The translations under genes were made by a program, and so were the position numbers. The notes under the pieces were generated by a model, which worked only from the letters and a program-made list of their open reading frames with translations, was not told where the DNA came from and did not search any database. Positions 30,771 to 46,847 of a DNA stretch of 64,000 nucleotides are shown one piece after another (the first letter of the stretch is position 1; the number at the start of each line of letters is the position of its first letter). This DNA comes from the human T2T-CHM13v2.0 reference genome, Homo sapiens. The stretch lies in assembly GCF_009914755.1 (NCBI RefSeq), contig NC_060928.1; one strand, given 5' to 3'.

Positions 30771-32742
30771 CTTTCAAAAACTGGAGAATATGATTATTTC
30801 AAATCATCTAATGGGTAAAATAAATATTACCACTTAAAATTGATCACTAAGCTGCTGTTAATCAATGGTCCCTATTTTTAACGAGTCTATACTGCTCAAT
30901 GTTGTGAGTTAGGAAAAAAATTGTTATTTTAGAAAAACAAAATATATACTTGAACTTTCTCAGGTGTTCCAGTTTTTTAAAGTTTGAAACAGAATCATAT
31001 CTTGCCATTTCATCTCAACTCTTCATCAAATGAACAGATATCTAAGATTAAACACTTCTAAAGCATATTCTGTGATTCTTCAGAAAGTAAACCTAGAGTT
31101 TTGTGCTTAGGAAATGATACTTGTATCATTTATTCTTTAAAATTGAGATATTTCTCCACTGCCATTAGAGCACTTATTTGTATTGTGAAAGAAATTCCCT
31201 TTCTACTTCAAAGATACCTAGTACCTTATTTTAAAACTAAAATGCTAGTTTACTGATACTGTCACTTAGCTTACTTCCTTAGAATACTAAAATTCAGGTT
31301 GGTCATTTGGGACTAGTTGTATTAGCTGATTTCTCTTATGAACAATCAGGAGCCACTTTAAATCTTATTACTCCTTACCATAAATCTTTTTTTTTGAGTC
31401 TACTTTTTATTATCACCAAACACAAGCAGTGTTAGATAATATCTGTGATAAAAGTCATCTTGTGCAAAAAATTATGCTCTAAGTTCTGAAAAATTGATAC
31501 AGTTACTGTTGAGTTGTAATAAAATAGGGAGGTGTCTTAGCAGTTTCTAAATGTCTTCTTTAATAAGGAATTGTATTCTCTGCGGAAAGTAACGGAAAGT
31601 AATTTGGAGAACACTCAGGTATGCGGGTTGATTCTCCCAACACATGTATCCAGAACTATGTTTCATTTTGGGAGTGAATTTGTAATGAACTGGAAGCATT
31701 GATTCTGACTGTGGGTGTAGTTTATGTCCATAAATCTTTTAACTCACTAGGACCCAATGTGAGTTCTGAGATCTACATTAGCTTAGTATTTATGAACTGT
31801 TTAGGGAAAGTCCTTGTCTTGCATCCTGAGTGTCTGTGAATGTCATCCAATTTAGAAGGCACACCTAAAACCAAGAAACAATCAAATGACTGATTTTTTT
31901 CCTCCACTCACTGTGACTAAGAGGGAGTGTTTCATCCTCACAATAAGAGGAAATCTCATTTCTTTGGAAAAGATTTTCAGTGTTATCTCTACTCCGTTGC
32001 TTAAGGAGAAATTACAATGGCAACTTTTGTTTTAAAAATCAGGATGATTTAATGTTATGAAGAATTGTCCCCCCCCCCTTTTTTTTTAGATGTTTGAGTC
32101 AATGTTAAGGGCAGATTTACTTTAAATAGCAACGTGACCAGCAAAGCTTGAAAAGTTCTCAGCAATGTGTCCATAGAGTGTTTATAAAGGCTGTTTTCAG
32201 TTTCACCTTCCTGCTCCACTGCAGAGTGACAATTTGTGACTAATTGCTTTCACTATCTAAATGTACTGACATGGCTTTCCTTTTTTTTTAAACTCAAAGA
32301 AGTTTGATTACTTTTATCTTTCTCAAGACTCAAAAAGAAGTATGTTCAAATGTTGGATGCGTAACAAGTAGGAATTGTTCTTGCTGAATTAATAGATTAA
32401 AGAATCTATGACATCATAAGCAATTTCCCAATTGGGTGAGTTTTATGCCAAAGTGATAACACATAACAATTTTTTATAGTAATATGATTTTTTTTCAAAA
32501 TGAATCAGACCAACATCAATTATTGACATATTTATAAATAAACAAAAATAGTTTTGCCTGATTCGACCATGGTGAAATTTGTCAAATAGAATAAACTCTA
32601 CCTATTGTTATAAGTAGGGTTATATTTGTGGTGAGGAATTTAAAACAGAAAGAGAGAAAAAAATATGTAGCCAAGTAAAGATAAAGTGAACTCCAGGAAA
32701 AGTAACATAATGAAAAAAGTAATTCAACATTGTAAATTATTA

Positions 32743-33096
<354 letters not shown>

Positions 33097-33389
33097 TCAC
33101 TTTGAACAAGTTGTGCTAATATGGTGAAAACACAGACTACCTCTTGTGCTTACACTTGATTAAAAAAGAAAATGAGCACAGAAATATTTGTGTATTATAT
33201 TCTATTTCCCTCTCCTCCTTTACATCTTTTTTCTTTGTTTTTTTGTTTGCTTATTTCATGAGTATTACCAAAAAAAGAGGAAAAGTTAGGTGTGCCTTAG
33301 AACCATTGAAGAAAGAAGAGAGGAGAACCAGAAAGCAGAACATAATCCTTAAGGAGGATTTCCTAAATTACCAAATTGTCCTACAAATT

Positions 33390-33768
33390 TGTTAAATCAA
33401 GTTTAGCCTAAAGCTGCCTCCTTACATGTTTAAGTTCGACCTAAAGTTTATTCTGTACATGGTGAACTATAACAAGTGGAGATGTAACCCACTGTAGCCT
33501 ACACCTGTGCCAGTCACTGAGTTTTGGCCAATCAAATGTAGCCAACCCTTAGAAACACGTTCAAATAAGGCAAATGCTGAGCTGTAACCAATCCAGCTGT
33601 TTCTGTACCTCATTTTCCTTTTGCTGTCCATAAATCTTCTTCCACCATGTCGCTGCACTGGAGTCTCTCTGAATCTGCTGTGATTCTGGGGGCTGACCCA
33701 TCTACAAATAGTTCATTGCTCAATTAGACGCCTTTAAATTTAATTCAGCTGAAGTTTTTCTTTTATCA
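33390..33768 (+). mobile_element. MER57-family ERV1 solo LTR
   Basis: tgttaaatcaagtttagcctaaagctgcctccttaca ... gctgaagtttttcttttatca; two CCAAT boxes; 4-bp TSD aatt/aact. Confidence 0.9.
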
Positions 33769-34444
33769 AAACTCTTTGCTCTATCTTTATTGTTTTACAA
33801 CTTCCATAAGGAAAAGAAAAGAGGGGAAAAATGGAGGCCTGTCTGGTGTTTCCTTTTGCAAAGAGAGTTAGGAATGCTGCCCACAGGAATAAGGTGATAG
33901 GTTTAGTGCCTCGTGGAATTTTGTTTTTGCTCAACTATAAAGCCGGCTGAAAACAATATATCTTTCTATATTATTAGTAAATGCTCAGAAGTTCACTTGA
34001 TTTTTATTTACTAGGCAGTTACTTATGTAAACATGTTACAAAAAGTAGCACAGTTTTAATAGGGAGTCCAGGAATGAGAAAAATCTGAGTTCTAAGCCCT
34101 GTTCTCCCACTGGGTATCTGCTAGAGATTGAGACCCTTGTACATCGTTGGTGAGAATTTAAAAATGTAACTTGAATATCTTTTGTTTGCCAACCAGGACT
34201 CACTAAAGGCAATGCTACATTGCAACTAATATAAATATAGCTAATGGAAAGTAAAATTATTCAAATACTATGAGCACTTTTAAATTTTAAAAGAAGATGT
34301 ATTTGCCACACATTTTTTGCTCCTACAAGCAGTATCAGAAAATTGTATCCAGTTTATCTGAATCCTAGTAACACTGAAATCTAAAAACTTTTAAGCCTAA
34401 AGATAAACCTTGTTCAAGAAAACTGATGCCATTAATAATTTTAA

Positions 34445-34586
34445 TTTATTTTTAATTTTAGTTGCTTTATTGAAGTATAATTGAAATACACAGAACTAGA
34501 CATATTTAGTGCATACATCTAATGAGTTTGAACATGTGCCAAACTCATGATGCCATCACCACCGTTGAGGCAATACACATATCACT
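34445..34586 (-). mobile_element. L1MA/MC 3' end fragment
   Basis: gctttattgaagtataattga ... atgagtttgaacatgtg. Confidence 0.75.
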
Positions 34587-36331
<1,745 letters not shown>

Positions 36332-36775
36332 TGTAATAGAGAAGAAAAATAAATAAAAATCTAAAAAAAAAAAAAGAATATGGGATCACAGATCGCAATG
36401 AAATGAATGGGATGAAATTCTCTCTGTCATAGCACTTGAGGACGAATCCACCAGTGGATTCCATCCAAAAGGCTCTGAAACAACAAGGGACTTAGTGCAG
36501 GCTGTGGTCCTTGGCTCCTTGGATAGTAGGCATTCAATGACCAAGCTGCTTTCATTTCTGATGTTATGCAATTAGATATTAAAATGAAAAAGAAGTTATC
36601 TTTTGAAAACACTACTTTTAACAGCATGTGGCATACCATTTGCTATCTTAATTCCATAATTTCAAATTGTAGTTTTCAATTAGGGTCTGCCAATCATTTC
36701 CAGCCTCCTTTTGGGATTTCAAGGAGCTTATGTTCTAACGTGGTATTTTGTGTGGATAGCAGAATAAACTAAGTG

Positions 36776-37005
36776 TGGATGGGTTGGTCCAGTTGTTAAG
36801 GACATGGGTGCTAATGAGACCCAGGGGGTGGGTTTGGCCTCTGCCTGCAAGCGGAACAGTAGATGGTACTTTTGTTCCATGGCCACAGGCTACAGGCACA
36901 ACTAAATGGTTATCTCCCAGATGCTTTTACCCACAAAGGGATGAGGTGAGAAGGTGTAGATTAATCATGAAACCCCTTCATCGCTCCTGGGAAAGCAGAA
37001 TTCCT
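36776..37005 (+). mobile_element. MamSINE1-like ancient tRNA-derived SINE
   Basis: Decayed tRNA-Ile-like head (ggttggtccagttgttaaggacatgggtgctaatgagaccc..gtgggttt) followed by tgttccatggccacagg body. Confidence 0.75.
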
Positions 37006-37389
37006 AGTATGGATCAAGACATGCATATGAGCAACAATGAATTTTAAATTCCAAAACTGAGGGTACTGTAAGTTCACTGTATTGAAAGTTGCTGATGGAG
37101 TCCAGAGTCTGTTAGAACATAAAAAGCATGTGGTTTGTATTTTAGAGACATAAGACAGTGCATTTAGTCTGCATATCTGAACACTTTTTCCTTAGAGATT
37201 TTCCCTGTTAAATGGGACATTTGACATGGTAGAACAGCATGTGCAGGCAAAGCACATTCAGAACTTCATTGTTTTGAATTGGCTATAACAAAGCACAAAG
37301 TTCTTTCTAGGCACTCCAGCATAGCTCTTTCCAAGTCTGGGCTCCAAAAGGGATAGATTAAACAGGAAGGGTACCATGTAATGCTAATT

Positions 37390-38090
37390 CAGTCTTATCT
37401 AATTCAGTTCAGTAAAAATCTCAGTATTTTTGGTGTTCAATATACCAGGTAGACATTGTGGAAAACGGAAAGGCAAGTAAGACATCACTCATGACTTCCA
37501 GAGGTTTATATTATTGTAAGGGAGGTGGACATGGATGAATTAAAGGTCCTAGAAAGCAGACTCTGAGAACAATGGAAATACAGGTACAAGGGCAATGAGG
37601 GCTCAGGAGAGACCACATGATCGATTCCAACTGGGGAAACCACAGAGAGCATCCTGGAAAAGTTACAAAACTTTAAAGAATGAGTGGACTTAAGTATGCT
37701 CAGTTACTCTGTTTAATCTATGTATTATTTATTTATTCTTCCATTGATTTATTGAACAAATACTTTGGGATTCCTACTATGTAACAGTTATGTTAGTAGG
37801 AGCTACACAAGTGGATCATGGAATCTGGAGTTGAAGACAGACATTATTCAAATGATCACATGACTTACTATGAGCTGATCTGTGTTCTGAGGAAAAATAA
37901 TTGACTATGTAAAATATAACAGAGGAAAGAGGCTTAGACCGGGGTTTGGGGAATGCCTGACATGAAACTTGACCTGAGATATGAAAAATAAATAGATGTC
38001 AATTGGTGATAAACGGGGTTGGGCCCACAGTTCCGGTAAGAGGAAGGGCATGAGTATCATTGACTTCATGATGCAAGCTGGTGAGAATGA
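37390..38090 (-). mobile_element. L2 3' fragments
   Basis: tttattgaacaaatactttgggattcctactatgt ... ttgacctgagatatgaa. Confidence 0.6.
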
Positions 38091-38129
38091 TCATTTTATC
38101 AGAGACTGTTTGCTGTGCAGAGAGAGAGA

Positions 38130-38300
38130 CTGCACGTGTTAAAAGCACATTTTCTGGAGCCAGATTGCCTGGATTCCAATCCCAGCTCCACCACTCACCA
38201 GCTGTGTAACCTTGGGCACTTCGCTTCTCATTTCTAGGCTTCATTCCCTCACTGTAAATGGGGTAAGTGTAAGACTTATCTCAGAGAGTTACAGTGTAGA
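38130..38300 (+). mobile_element. MIR
   Basis: ctggagccagattgcctgg..aatcccagctccaccactcaccagctgtgtaaccttgggca. Confidence 0.88.
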
Positions 38301-39289
38301 TAGTATACATTCATAATGATAAAATAATATATTACTGATTAACTAGATTAATATACAATGTTAATATAATAATATTTAGGATTAAATGTATTAATTCATT
38401 ATTCATTAAAATTATTTCCTGACATAAATCTTATAAATTGTATATTATAGAAAAAATAGTAAATATGTAATAGAATATTAGAATCATATATATGAGAATA
38501 ATAATAGACATTATTATTATTATACCCATGAGTCTAAGTTGAAAACTCTGAATTTTCTGATTTAATAAGTCTGTATTTGGCCATATATTTCTTTCCCTTC
38601 TATAACATCTTTTCAATTCTCCAAACAACTAGGATCTCTGGGTGTTCTTTTGCCTCTTTTTCTAAAAACAATCATTTATAGGACATCTCATTCTGACTCA
38701 TCAAATAAAGTCACTGAAATATGACATTCTTACTTAGTGGGTGGAAACAAAGGGATTTTTAAGAGAAGCAACATTTTTTCAGCATGTTTTATGAGTGCAA
38801 ATCATAGCATAGTAAAATGATGCAATCCTCCGTGTTTTGTTTTCCACAATAAACTTTCTTTCTCCTAATAGTTAAGATCGTATATATTTTTCAGATTTAC
38901 CCATCTCAAGATCAGTAATGCATGATTTTATTACACCCATAATTTTACCCTCATGTGCTGACATATACAAATTTATTTTGGTGGCATGTTCTTAATTTCT
39001 GGAGCTGCCATGCCATTTTCTTGACTAGTTTTATTTTGGTTTTGACTAATCTCATAATTTTGAAAAATAGAGCACTTTATTTTATGGTTTATATTTTTAA
39101 TAATCATAACTCTCTTTTCTTCGGTTAACAATTCCCCCAGGTTTAAATTAATTCCTGTCCATTTACCCTCCATTGAAGCATAGCATTACATGAATTTATG
39201 TTACAGCAGCATACGTGGTGCCGAATACATAAAACATATAAAATATAATCACACACACACACACACACATATATATATACATATACATA

Positions 39290-39722
<433 letters not shown>

Positions 39723-42700
39723 AAGTACTTCTGTAGCAAAACTTTGCAGCACTTACTTTGGGGCAGCTTTCTCAGCTGGTAAGTATCAATGAAAACTTAA
39801 ATGACTGTGAAATAAATTATCTTAAATGTAAAAGTCAAAAATAAAAATCAATTACTTTTCTATTTTGTTCAATGGTTTTTATGGAAAATATAGGCTTGCC
39901 TATCCTCACCTACTAAGTTGTCATACAACAATATATCTGAATAAATAAGATTTTCTGGTAACACATTGTATATTTTGAATGAAATTCAGTTACTTGAGTT
40001 TTGAAAATGGCTTAAATGGGCTAGAAAGACATAAAACGGTGAGCTGCCTCACTTTTATAGCAGCTGTGTGAGACTATGATTATAAAAACATGCCATGTAA
40101 AGGTATCAATCTGCTACAAATTTTCCTGACAGAATTTGTGGAATATTCTTCATTTCCAAGACCATTACCAGAAAATAAAAGCCTGAGATTCAACACTGTC
40201 AATCCAATCATCTGGTTAGACTTATACCTTGGTCTAACAGTTTACTGAAAATTACCACCAGGAAAACCCAATCATCTCCAAATAAGTGACATTATTTTAC
40301 ACTAAATTTAGCAAACTAATCTAACTACACATGGGGTGAACACTTAATTGTCTACCTACATTTGCAATACATAAAAAGACAACAGTTTTCTATATATGTG
40401 AAAAATAGTCGCTCTGAGTTCACCAAGCCTTAGGTTATGCTACATAATTTGATTTTTATAACACTATATATCCAGGTATCAAATTTTTCTGATTAAGAAA
40501 ATGACATAAAATAAAATTTGCTAAAATCAAATTAAACGCCTTTGAGTTTTGCCATTTAGTTTCCAACTAAAGCGTATGCGAATCATTTCTCCACATGTAC
40601 TTCTATTTCTTAATTACTTCTGCTTCCACTCATATGCTTTTCTTCCTTAGGAAAGGCAGTTTCTTCTTAAAAACTGACTTAGATTCTGAGTGGGGGGCAG
40701 TAGAAGCCAGTCCTGTCGTAGAAGATGCCTGACACGGGATGGAGGGTTTGGAGTGCTTTGCATGCCCAGAGGGGCAAAAATATTGAGAAGGGTTGTTGAA
40801 AAGAAACACAAGCACCGATGTCATAGGAAGGAGGTCTGACTTTATCTTGCAGGTGATGGGAAGCCGGAGATATAGAAATAACTTTGCTTTAACTTTAAAA
40901 TTATTTGCTAAAGTATCCATTATTTAAATATAGGCATCATGATTGTTCGTGTGCTATATTAGTTTGAGTCTTGTAAAAGACAAAAAAACTGTAATATTTT
41001 AATTTATTTCAGTGTATTTCCATCTTTATTTTTTGAAAAAAAAAAGAGTAAATCTTACTCCTGCAACTTTTCAGTGTATATCTGTCTTTATTTTTGAAAA
41101 AAAAAAAAAAAGAGTAAATTTTACTCCTGCAACTTATAGGTAAGCATTTTCCAAAGCGTCATGGTTTTCTAGGGTGTGCCATAATGTAAAGGAAATCACC
41201 TTGTATCTAAGTAACATTCTCAGACAAAGTCTGCACTTCCTAAAACCTGGATGCACAGACACTTAGTATAGAATGAAGCTTAATGAGTAAAAACAATAGT
41301 ACAATCTATCTTGCTTCAGTATTTTGTTTTGCCAGGTGATGTGGTAGGTAAATGAACATACCTTTCTTTGATTGTGCCTGCATAACACATGATACAATGA
41401 CTATTTGTTACCAGACTTATTTCATTTCAAAATGAGATAATAGATTATTGAATCAAAGCCAGAAAGTCAATCAGGCTAATCTCAGTACCAGACCTGAAAC
41501 AATTATGTGTCTCTATTGTATAGAAGCTTGTATTTGGCTGATGAATCTATTTTAATCTTTTTAATACTTTATTTGTATTATACTCTTGATTATGGCTATC
41601 TTGACAGTAATAAATGACTTCATTAAACAAGTAGCTAATTAAATAAGTACCTAGATACCAATAAACAGCTGAACATAGAAACCAAAGTTGTTTAGCAGAA
41701 CTTAACTAAAGCTACAATTGAGCGTCATTGTTTCCAGCTACTTGTCAAGCATTAATGACTTTTTTTATATAAACAACTGAGGTGATAATACAGCCATTTT
41801 AAGATTGAGGAAAAAATTAACAGAAGTGTTAAATCATCCAGTTGTTGGCACAGCTATCAGAGATGACTGGCGTTTGTACAGAATCTCCATCCTGAAACCA
41901 TCTTCTAGCTCTTCTTTAACTTGAAGTGTAAAATTTTTTTGAAATTAACCCATAAATTTTCAATTATATTCACTGGTCTTGGGTTACTAACATGTTATTT
42001 ACTACGTTCTTAAGAAAAAGGATTCACTGATAAGTTATTTTCTTCCTACAACTGTGATTATTTTTCTTTCATAGACACCTCCTCACCATATAATCTATGT
42101 CTCTAACTGGAGCCTCAAGACTAAGTTGTTAGCTTGGTTTCTGCCTCAGGTACGAGGCACATTTATTAATTCATTTATGTAATCATTCATGTAATAATTC
42201 AATTACATATATACAAAAGCGATAGTGGAGTCTGTATTTCTCATTTTCTCCATTTTTCTTGAAGAAACAAAGAAATAGTAAATCTTTTTTTTTTTTTTGC
42301 AAAGAGATCTGGGGTTACAGATTAATAATTACACATCTTCAAAGAGTTTCCACATTGTGGGAAGCCACTAAATAATGAAATTGCAACATAAGTGCAATGG
42401 TAGATATAAATATTCAAACTCAGATCTTCTTTCTAACCCCAATTTAATGGGGTATGGTTGTCAGGTTTTTGTTTTAGTGAAAGCAGCTTCTGAGATACAC
42501 TTTGCTAAGAGTTAATACTCAAAGGGTATGGGGGTGATTAAGTTATTTCTGATGCTGGAGAAAGAATAACAAAGCAGATAATAAAAGGATGTTCATGCTG
42601 TTTTCTTGTGGTTGAATTTTATGTTGAACATTAGTGCAGGGATTGGGAGAAGTAGAGTTTAAAGGATTTTCAATAATGGCATGATCAGGTTTGAATTTTA

Positions 42701-42769
42701 CAATGATTTGAAACCTGTTAAATGAATATGAGTTGATTAATTCTGCGAGTGATTGATTGATTGATTTGC

Positions 42770-43780
42770 CACCTACTGATTCCCATACTACACCTCTAGC
42801 GTTAGGATTAGCTACATTCTTGCTATAGTTTCCTATTAAGGGTCCTACTATCCCTGCATCACTTCATATGTTTCTGGGTAATTACTTTAAGTACCTGCAC
42901 CCCAGTGATCTTTGATGTCATCAGTATCAATAATCTATTGATTCTACCAGCTTTTCATCATCCATCACCACTCTGATATTCTCACTTCTCTTCTTGCCTA
43001 CCTTATATTATATAATATAGCCATTCCATCCTTTCCCTTCTGTGAGAAATAATTCCAAACCTGCTTAATGCCACCTCTCTGCTACACCTGCATTCAGGCT
43101 GTTGAAAAACATGCGATATTGTTGGCTTGCCTTACTCTATATTGATGAACCTTTAGTGCTAGCTAACAATTCTGCTTGTTTCCTTTCTATTTGACCACAA
43201 AAATAAAAACAGGCAGAAAAGAACATCCATGGTACCACCGACTTCTGCTAACTTGCTTGTCTCTTCAGCCATCTGTCTTCACTCCAGTTTTGATGGATGA
43301 GTTGTCTCTTCCTATCCAAGGCTGAGCCTTTTCCTTGTGAACTCCATTACATCACTGCTCATAATCAAAGTCATTGCTCAGAAATTCCCCCTCCCACCCT
43401 CTCCATCTAATTAAGTTTTCTCTCTGTAGAAGCATTTTCGTCAATACAAAAACATACTGCAGTGTCCTCCACAGCAAAAATAAAGAAATAATTTCATTGA
43501 TCTGGCATTCAACTCTAGCTATATTTTCATGTTGTTCCCCTTTTCTGAGAAATTTCCCCTCAAAAGTTGTCTGCATCTGTGGCATCCTTTGTCTTTCCTT
43601 CCATTCTCTCTTGAATACACTCCGATTAAAATTTTAGCACCCACTATGCCATTAAAACAGCTTCTGTCAGTGACTTCTAAATTATCAGATCCAATGGTCA
43701 TTTATTGATCTTTATCTACTCACACAGTTGCCTAATCTGAAACAGCTGATCACAACTTTCTTTTGGAAACACTTTTATTA
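42770..43780 (+). mobile_element. L2 (5' piece of an element split by L1ME)
   Basis: cccactatgccattaaaacagcttctgtcagtgacttc ... atccaatggtca. Confidence 0.75.
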
Positions 43781-43849
43781 GTGGAAATGTTGAGTGAGAA
43801 TTGGCTAGGAAATGGAAGATTGGGGAAGTGGGGGAATAGTTTTGTTTTA

Positions 43850-45643
43850 AAATTTTTCATTAGGTAAAAATCTCAGTTATATAATATTTAATTATTTCTC
43901 AGGGCCACCTAGAGACTACAAGATACATTCCTGACTAATCAAAGTGAAATTCCACTTGTATTTTTACCCCTTTTGTGCACAAGGTAGGACTTTTCGTGTC
44001 TTTGATTTCATTTACTGCTTCCAAATTGTACACATTTAAAAGAGTATTTTAATAATACACGTATGAAACTCTACAACATATTACAATTAGTGTTTTATAC
44101 AATTAATATTGTCATTTACAACATAATTATTCTTTGACTTGTTCTGTATTCTTTCTTATATTTTCTTTTTCTCTTGATTAATTCATTTTAGTATTACTTT
44201 AGTGTACTTCCTTCTCTGGTGATAAATTCTCTGTATTTACTTATCCTTATTCTTGAAGGATTTCTTCACTGAAAAGTTATGGGTTGTCAGTCATTTAATT
44301 TCAGCATTGCTTCTTTCTCTGGCTTTTATTTTGTCTCTTGAGAAGTCAGCTCTTGGTTTAACTTTTGCTCGTTTGAAGGTAAATTGCCTTTTTTTCTCAT
44401 GCTGCCTTGAATATTTTATCCTTTTTCAAAAGGATAAAATAAAAAAGACAACTTTTTTCTCATGCTGCTTTTAATATTTTAATAAATACAATAAAAATAG
44501 GATAATTTGTATCCTATTTTAAAATTGTGTAATATTCCTATACATACATAAAAAAACTTGTATATGTGTTTCCTGCTTGAATCTCTTTTATGTGTTTCAT
44601 CAGTTTTGAAATTTTTAGACATTTTATTTTCAAAATTTCTTCTGCTTTATTCTCTCCTTCCCCACTGGAATTACCATATCTATTCATTAGACCTATTCAC
44701 TGTATTCTCTATGTCTGCTACCTTCTCTTCCATACTTTCAATCTTTTGTGTCTTTGTGTTTCCTCCTGGATAGTTTCTTCTAAACTATCCTTTGATTCAC
44801 TAATTCTAACTCTTACTAATCTGCTATTAACTCATCTATTAGTTTCTTAGTATTGCTATTATGGTTTCTTTTTCATTCTGCCTTCCCTTCTTTATATGTT
44901 TCCATTATCTGTCTATTCTCTCATTTCTATCTTTTGTTTACTGGAACATAAGAAGCATAATTACTTTAAATTCGGTACCACAACCACCATGGGTCTGTTT
45001 CTACTGTCATTTAATTCTGCTCTTTATAAAATGTTATACTTTCAGGAACTAGGTTATTTTTTATTGTGTGCCAAATATGGTATTTTTTAAATATAACAAT
45101 AAATTGAGAGTTGTCTTAGAAATTGAGAAAATTCCTGGTGGGGGTTCATACTAACTTTTAGAATGTGGCTCATTGGATGCCAGTCTAAACACGGAGACTC
45201 TCTCTGCATCCTGATTCCCATATGTATAGCTCTGAACTCCTGCTTGTATCTTACTAGGCATGTAAATTTCCAATAATTCTATTCTATTCAGCTTTTTAAC
45301 TTCTCAGCCACCTTCTCCAGAATCTGCACATATTCCCAGGATAAAAGAAGTCTCAGCTTCTGGGCTCATTATTTAGGGTTCTTGTCTCTTCCCAGACTAT
45401 GGTTCAGTAATTAAAAAAAAAGATTCCAACATTCAGAATGAAAAAGAAGAATACAATGAGATTCCAAGTATCTATTCAGATTAAACAATTATCCTTTTCA
45501 TTTTAGCTTTTTGATGCCCAAGAAGACAGTTTTGTTTGTTTGTTTGTTTTGTTTTGTTTTATCTTTTGTGGAGCTTTGAGTTTTTCTCAGAGGTAAGGTT
45601 GTTCTCATTTACACATGTAGTCTACCATTAGAATTAGAAGTCC
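43850..45643 (-). mobile_element. L1ME-type 5'/ORF1 region
   Basis: ctggtgataaattctct...ttcttgaaggatttcttcactg; ttgagaagtcagct; ends in a reversed 5' terminus (accattagaattagaagtc). Confidence 0.72.
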
Positions 45644-45700
45644 TTGCAGGCCTTGGGACTCTTTCTTCTGTTGAGCTCTAGAGAAGCACTTCACTTTTTC

Positions 45701-45952
45701 TTTCTTTTTTTTTTTTTTTTTACTTTAAGTTCTAGGGTACTTGTGCACAACACGCAGGTTTGTTACACATGTATACATGTGCCATGTTGGTGTGCTGCAC
45801 CCATTAACTCATCATTTACATTAGATACATCTCCTAATGCTATCCCTCCCCGCTCCCCCAACTCCACGACAGGCCCTGGTGTGTGATGTTCCCCTTCCTG
45901 TGTCCAAGTGTTCTCATTGTTCAATTCCCACCTATGAGTGAGAACATGCGGT
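45701..45952 (-). mobile_element. Severely 5'-truncated L1PA (3'UTR only)
   Basis: poly(T), tactttaagttctagggtac ... cacctatgagtgagaacatgcgg; 9-bp TSD cactttttc at 45692-45700 and 45954-45962. Confidence 0.95.
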
Positions 45953-45959
45953 CCACTTT

Positions 45960-46620
45960 TTCAAAGCTCTTACCTTACCCCTTCCTCTCTCTCTCTCCTT
46001 TGCAGCTTCTCCTTATCTTGCTAACTTATAAATGCTGATTTATTAGGCTCATTCCCCACCCTCCTCTTCTATCCACACTCATTACACCTTGTTTCATGGT
46101 TTAAAAGAATTTTTGTGTGCTGATAACTTCCAAATTTTTATGTCCAGCTCAGTTTTCTCTTCTGACCTCCAACCTCTGGTTTACAAACCAAAATGGTTAT
46201 TCAACATCTTTATCTGGATTTCAAACATTCATCCTTAATACCCCAAACTAGTTACTTTCCTAGTCTTTCCGAACTTAGTTATTGGTGATTCTGTTCTTCT
46301 AGTATTTAGGTTAAAGAACTTGTTGTCATCCTTGTCTTTTCATTTTTCTCTTAAACCCCACATCCAAGCAATCTGTAATTGTATTGATGTTGTCTTTAAA
46401 CTGTATCCAGAATACTCAGGCCCCTTCTCCAAACCTCTTTTTTAACGTCGTGGCCCAAGATTCCGCATTATTGTAACAGATTCCTATCTTTTCTGTTTCT
46501 ATCATTGCATCCCCTCTGCCAATCTATTCCATACTCAGCAGTAAGAATGATCATTTTAAGCCAATAACCTAACTGATAACCTCTTGTAGTGATTGTAGGA
46601 ACTATTCTTAGTGCTTTAAA
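45960..46620 (+). mobile_element. L2 (3' continuation)
   Basis: tgtgctgataacttccaaattttta tgtccagc ... ttgttgtcatccttg ... ccccacatccaa. Confidence 0.75.
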
Positions 46621-46630
46621 TATGTTAACA

Positions 46631-46847
<217 letters not shown>

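Noticed and set aside
36776-36850. Possible tRNA-Ile gene
   Set aside because: Stems and B box are degenerate and it continues into a SINE body.
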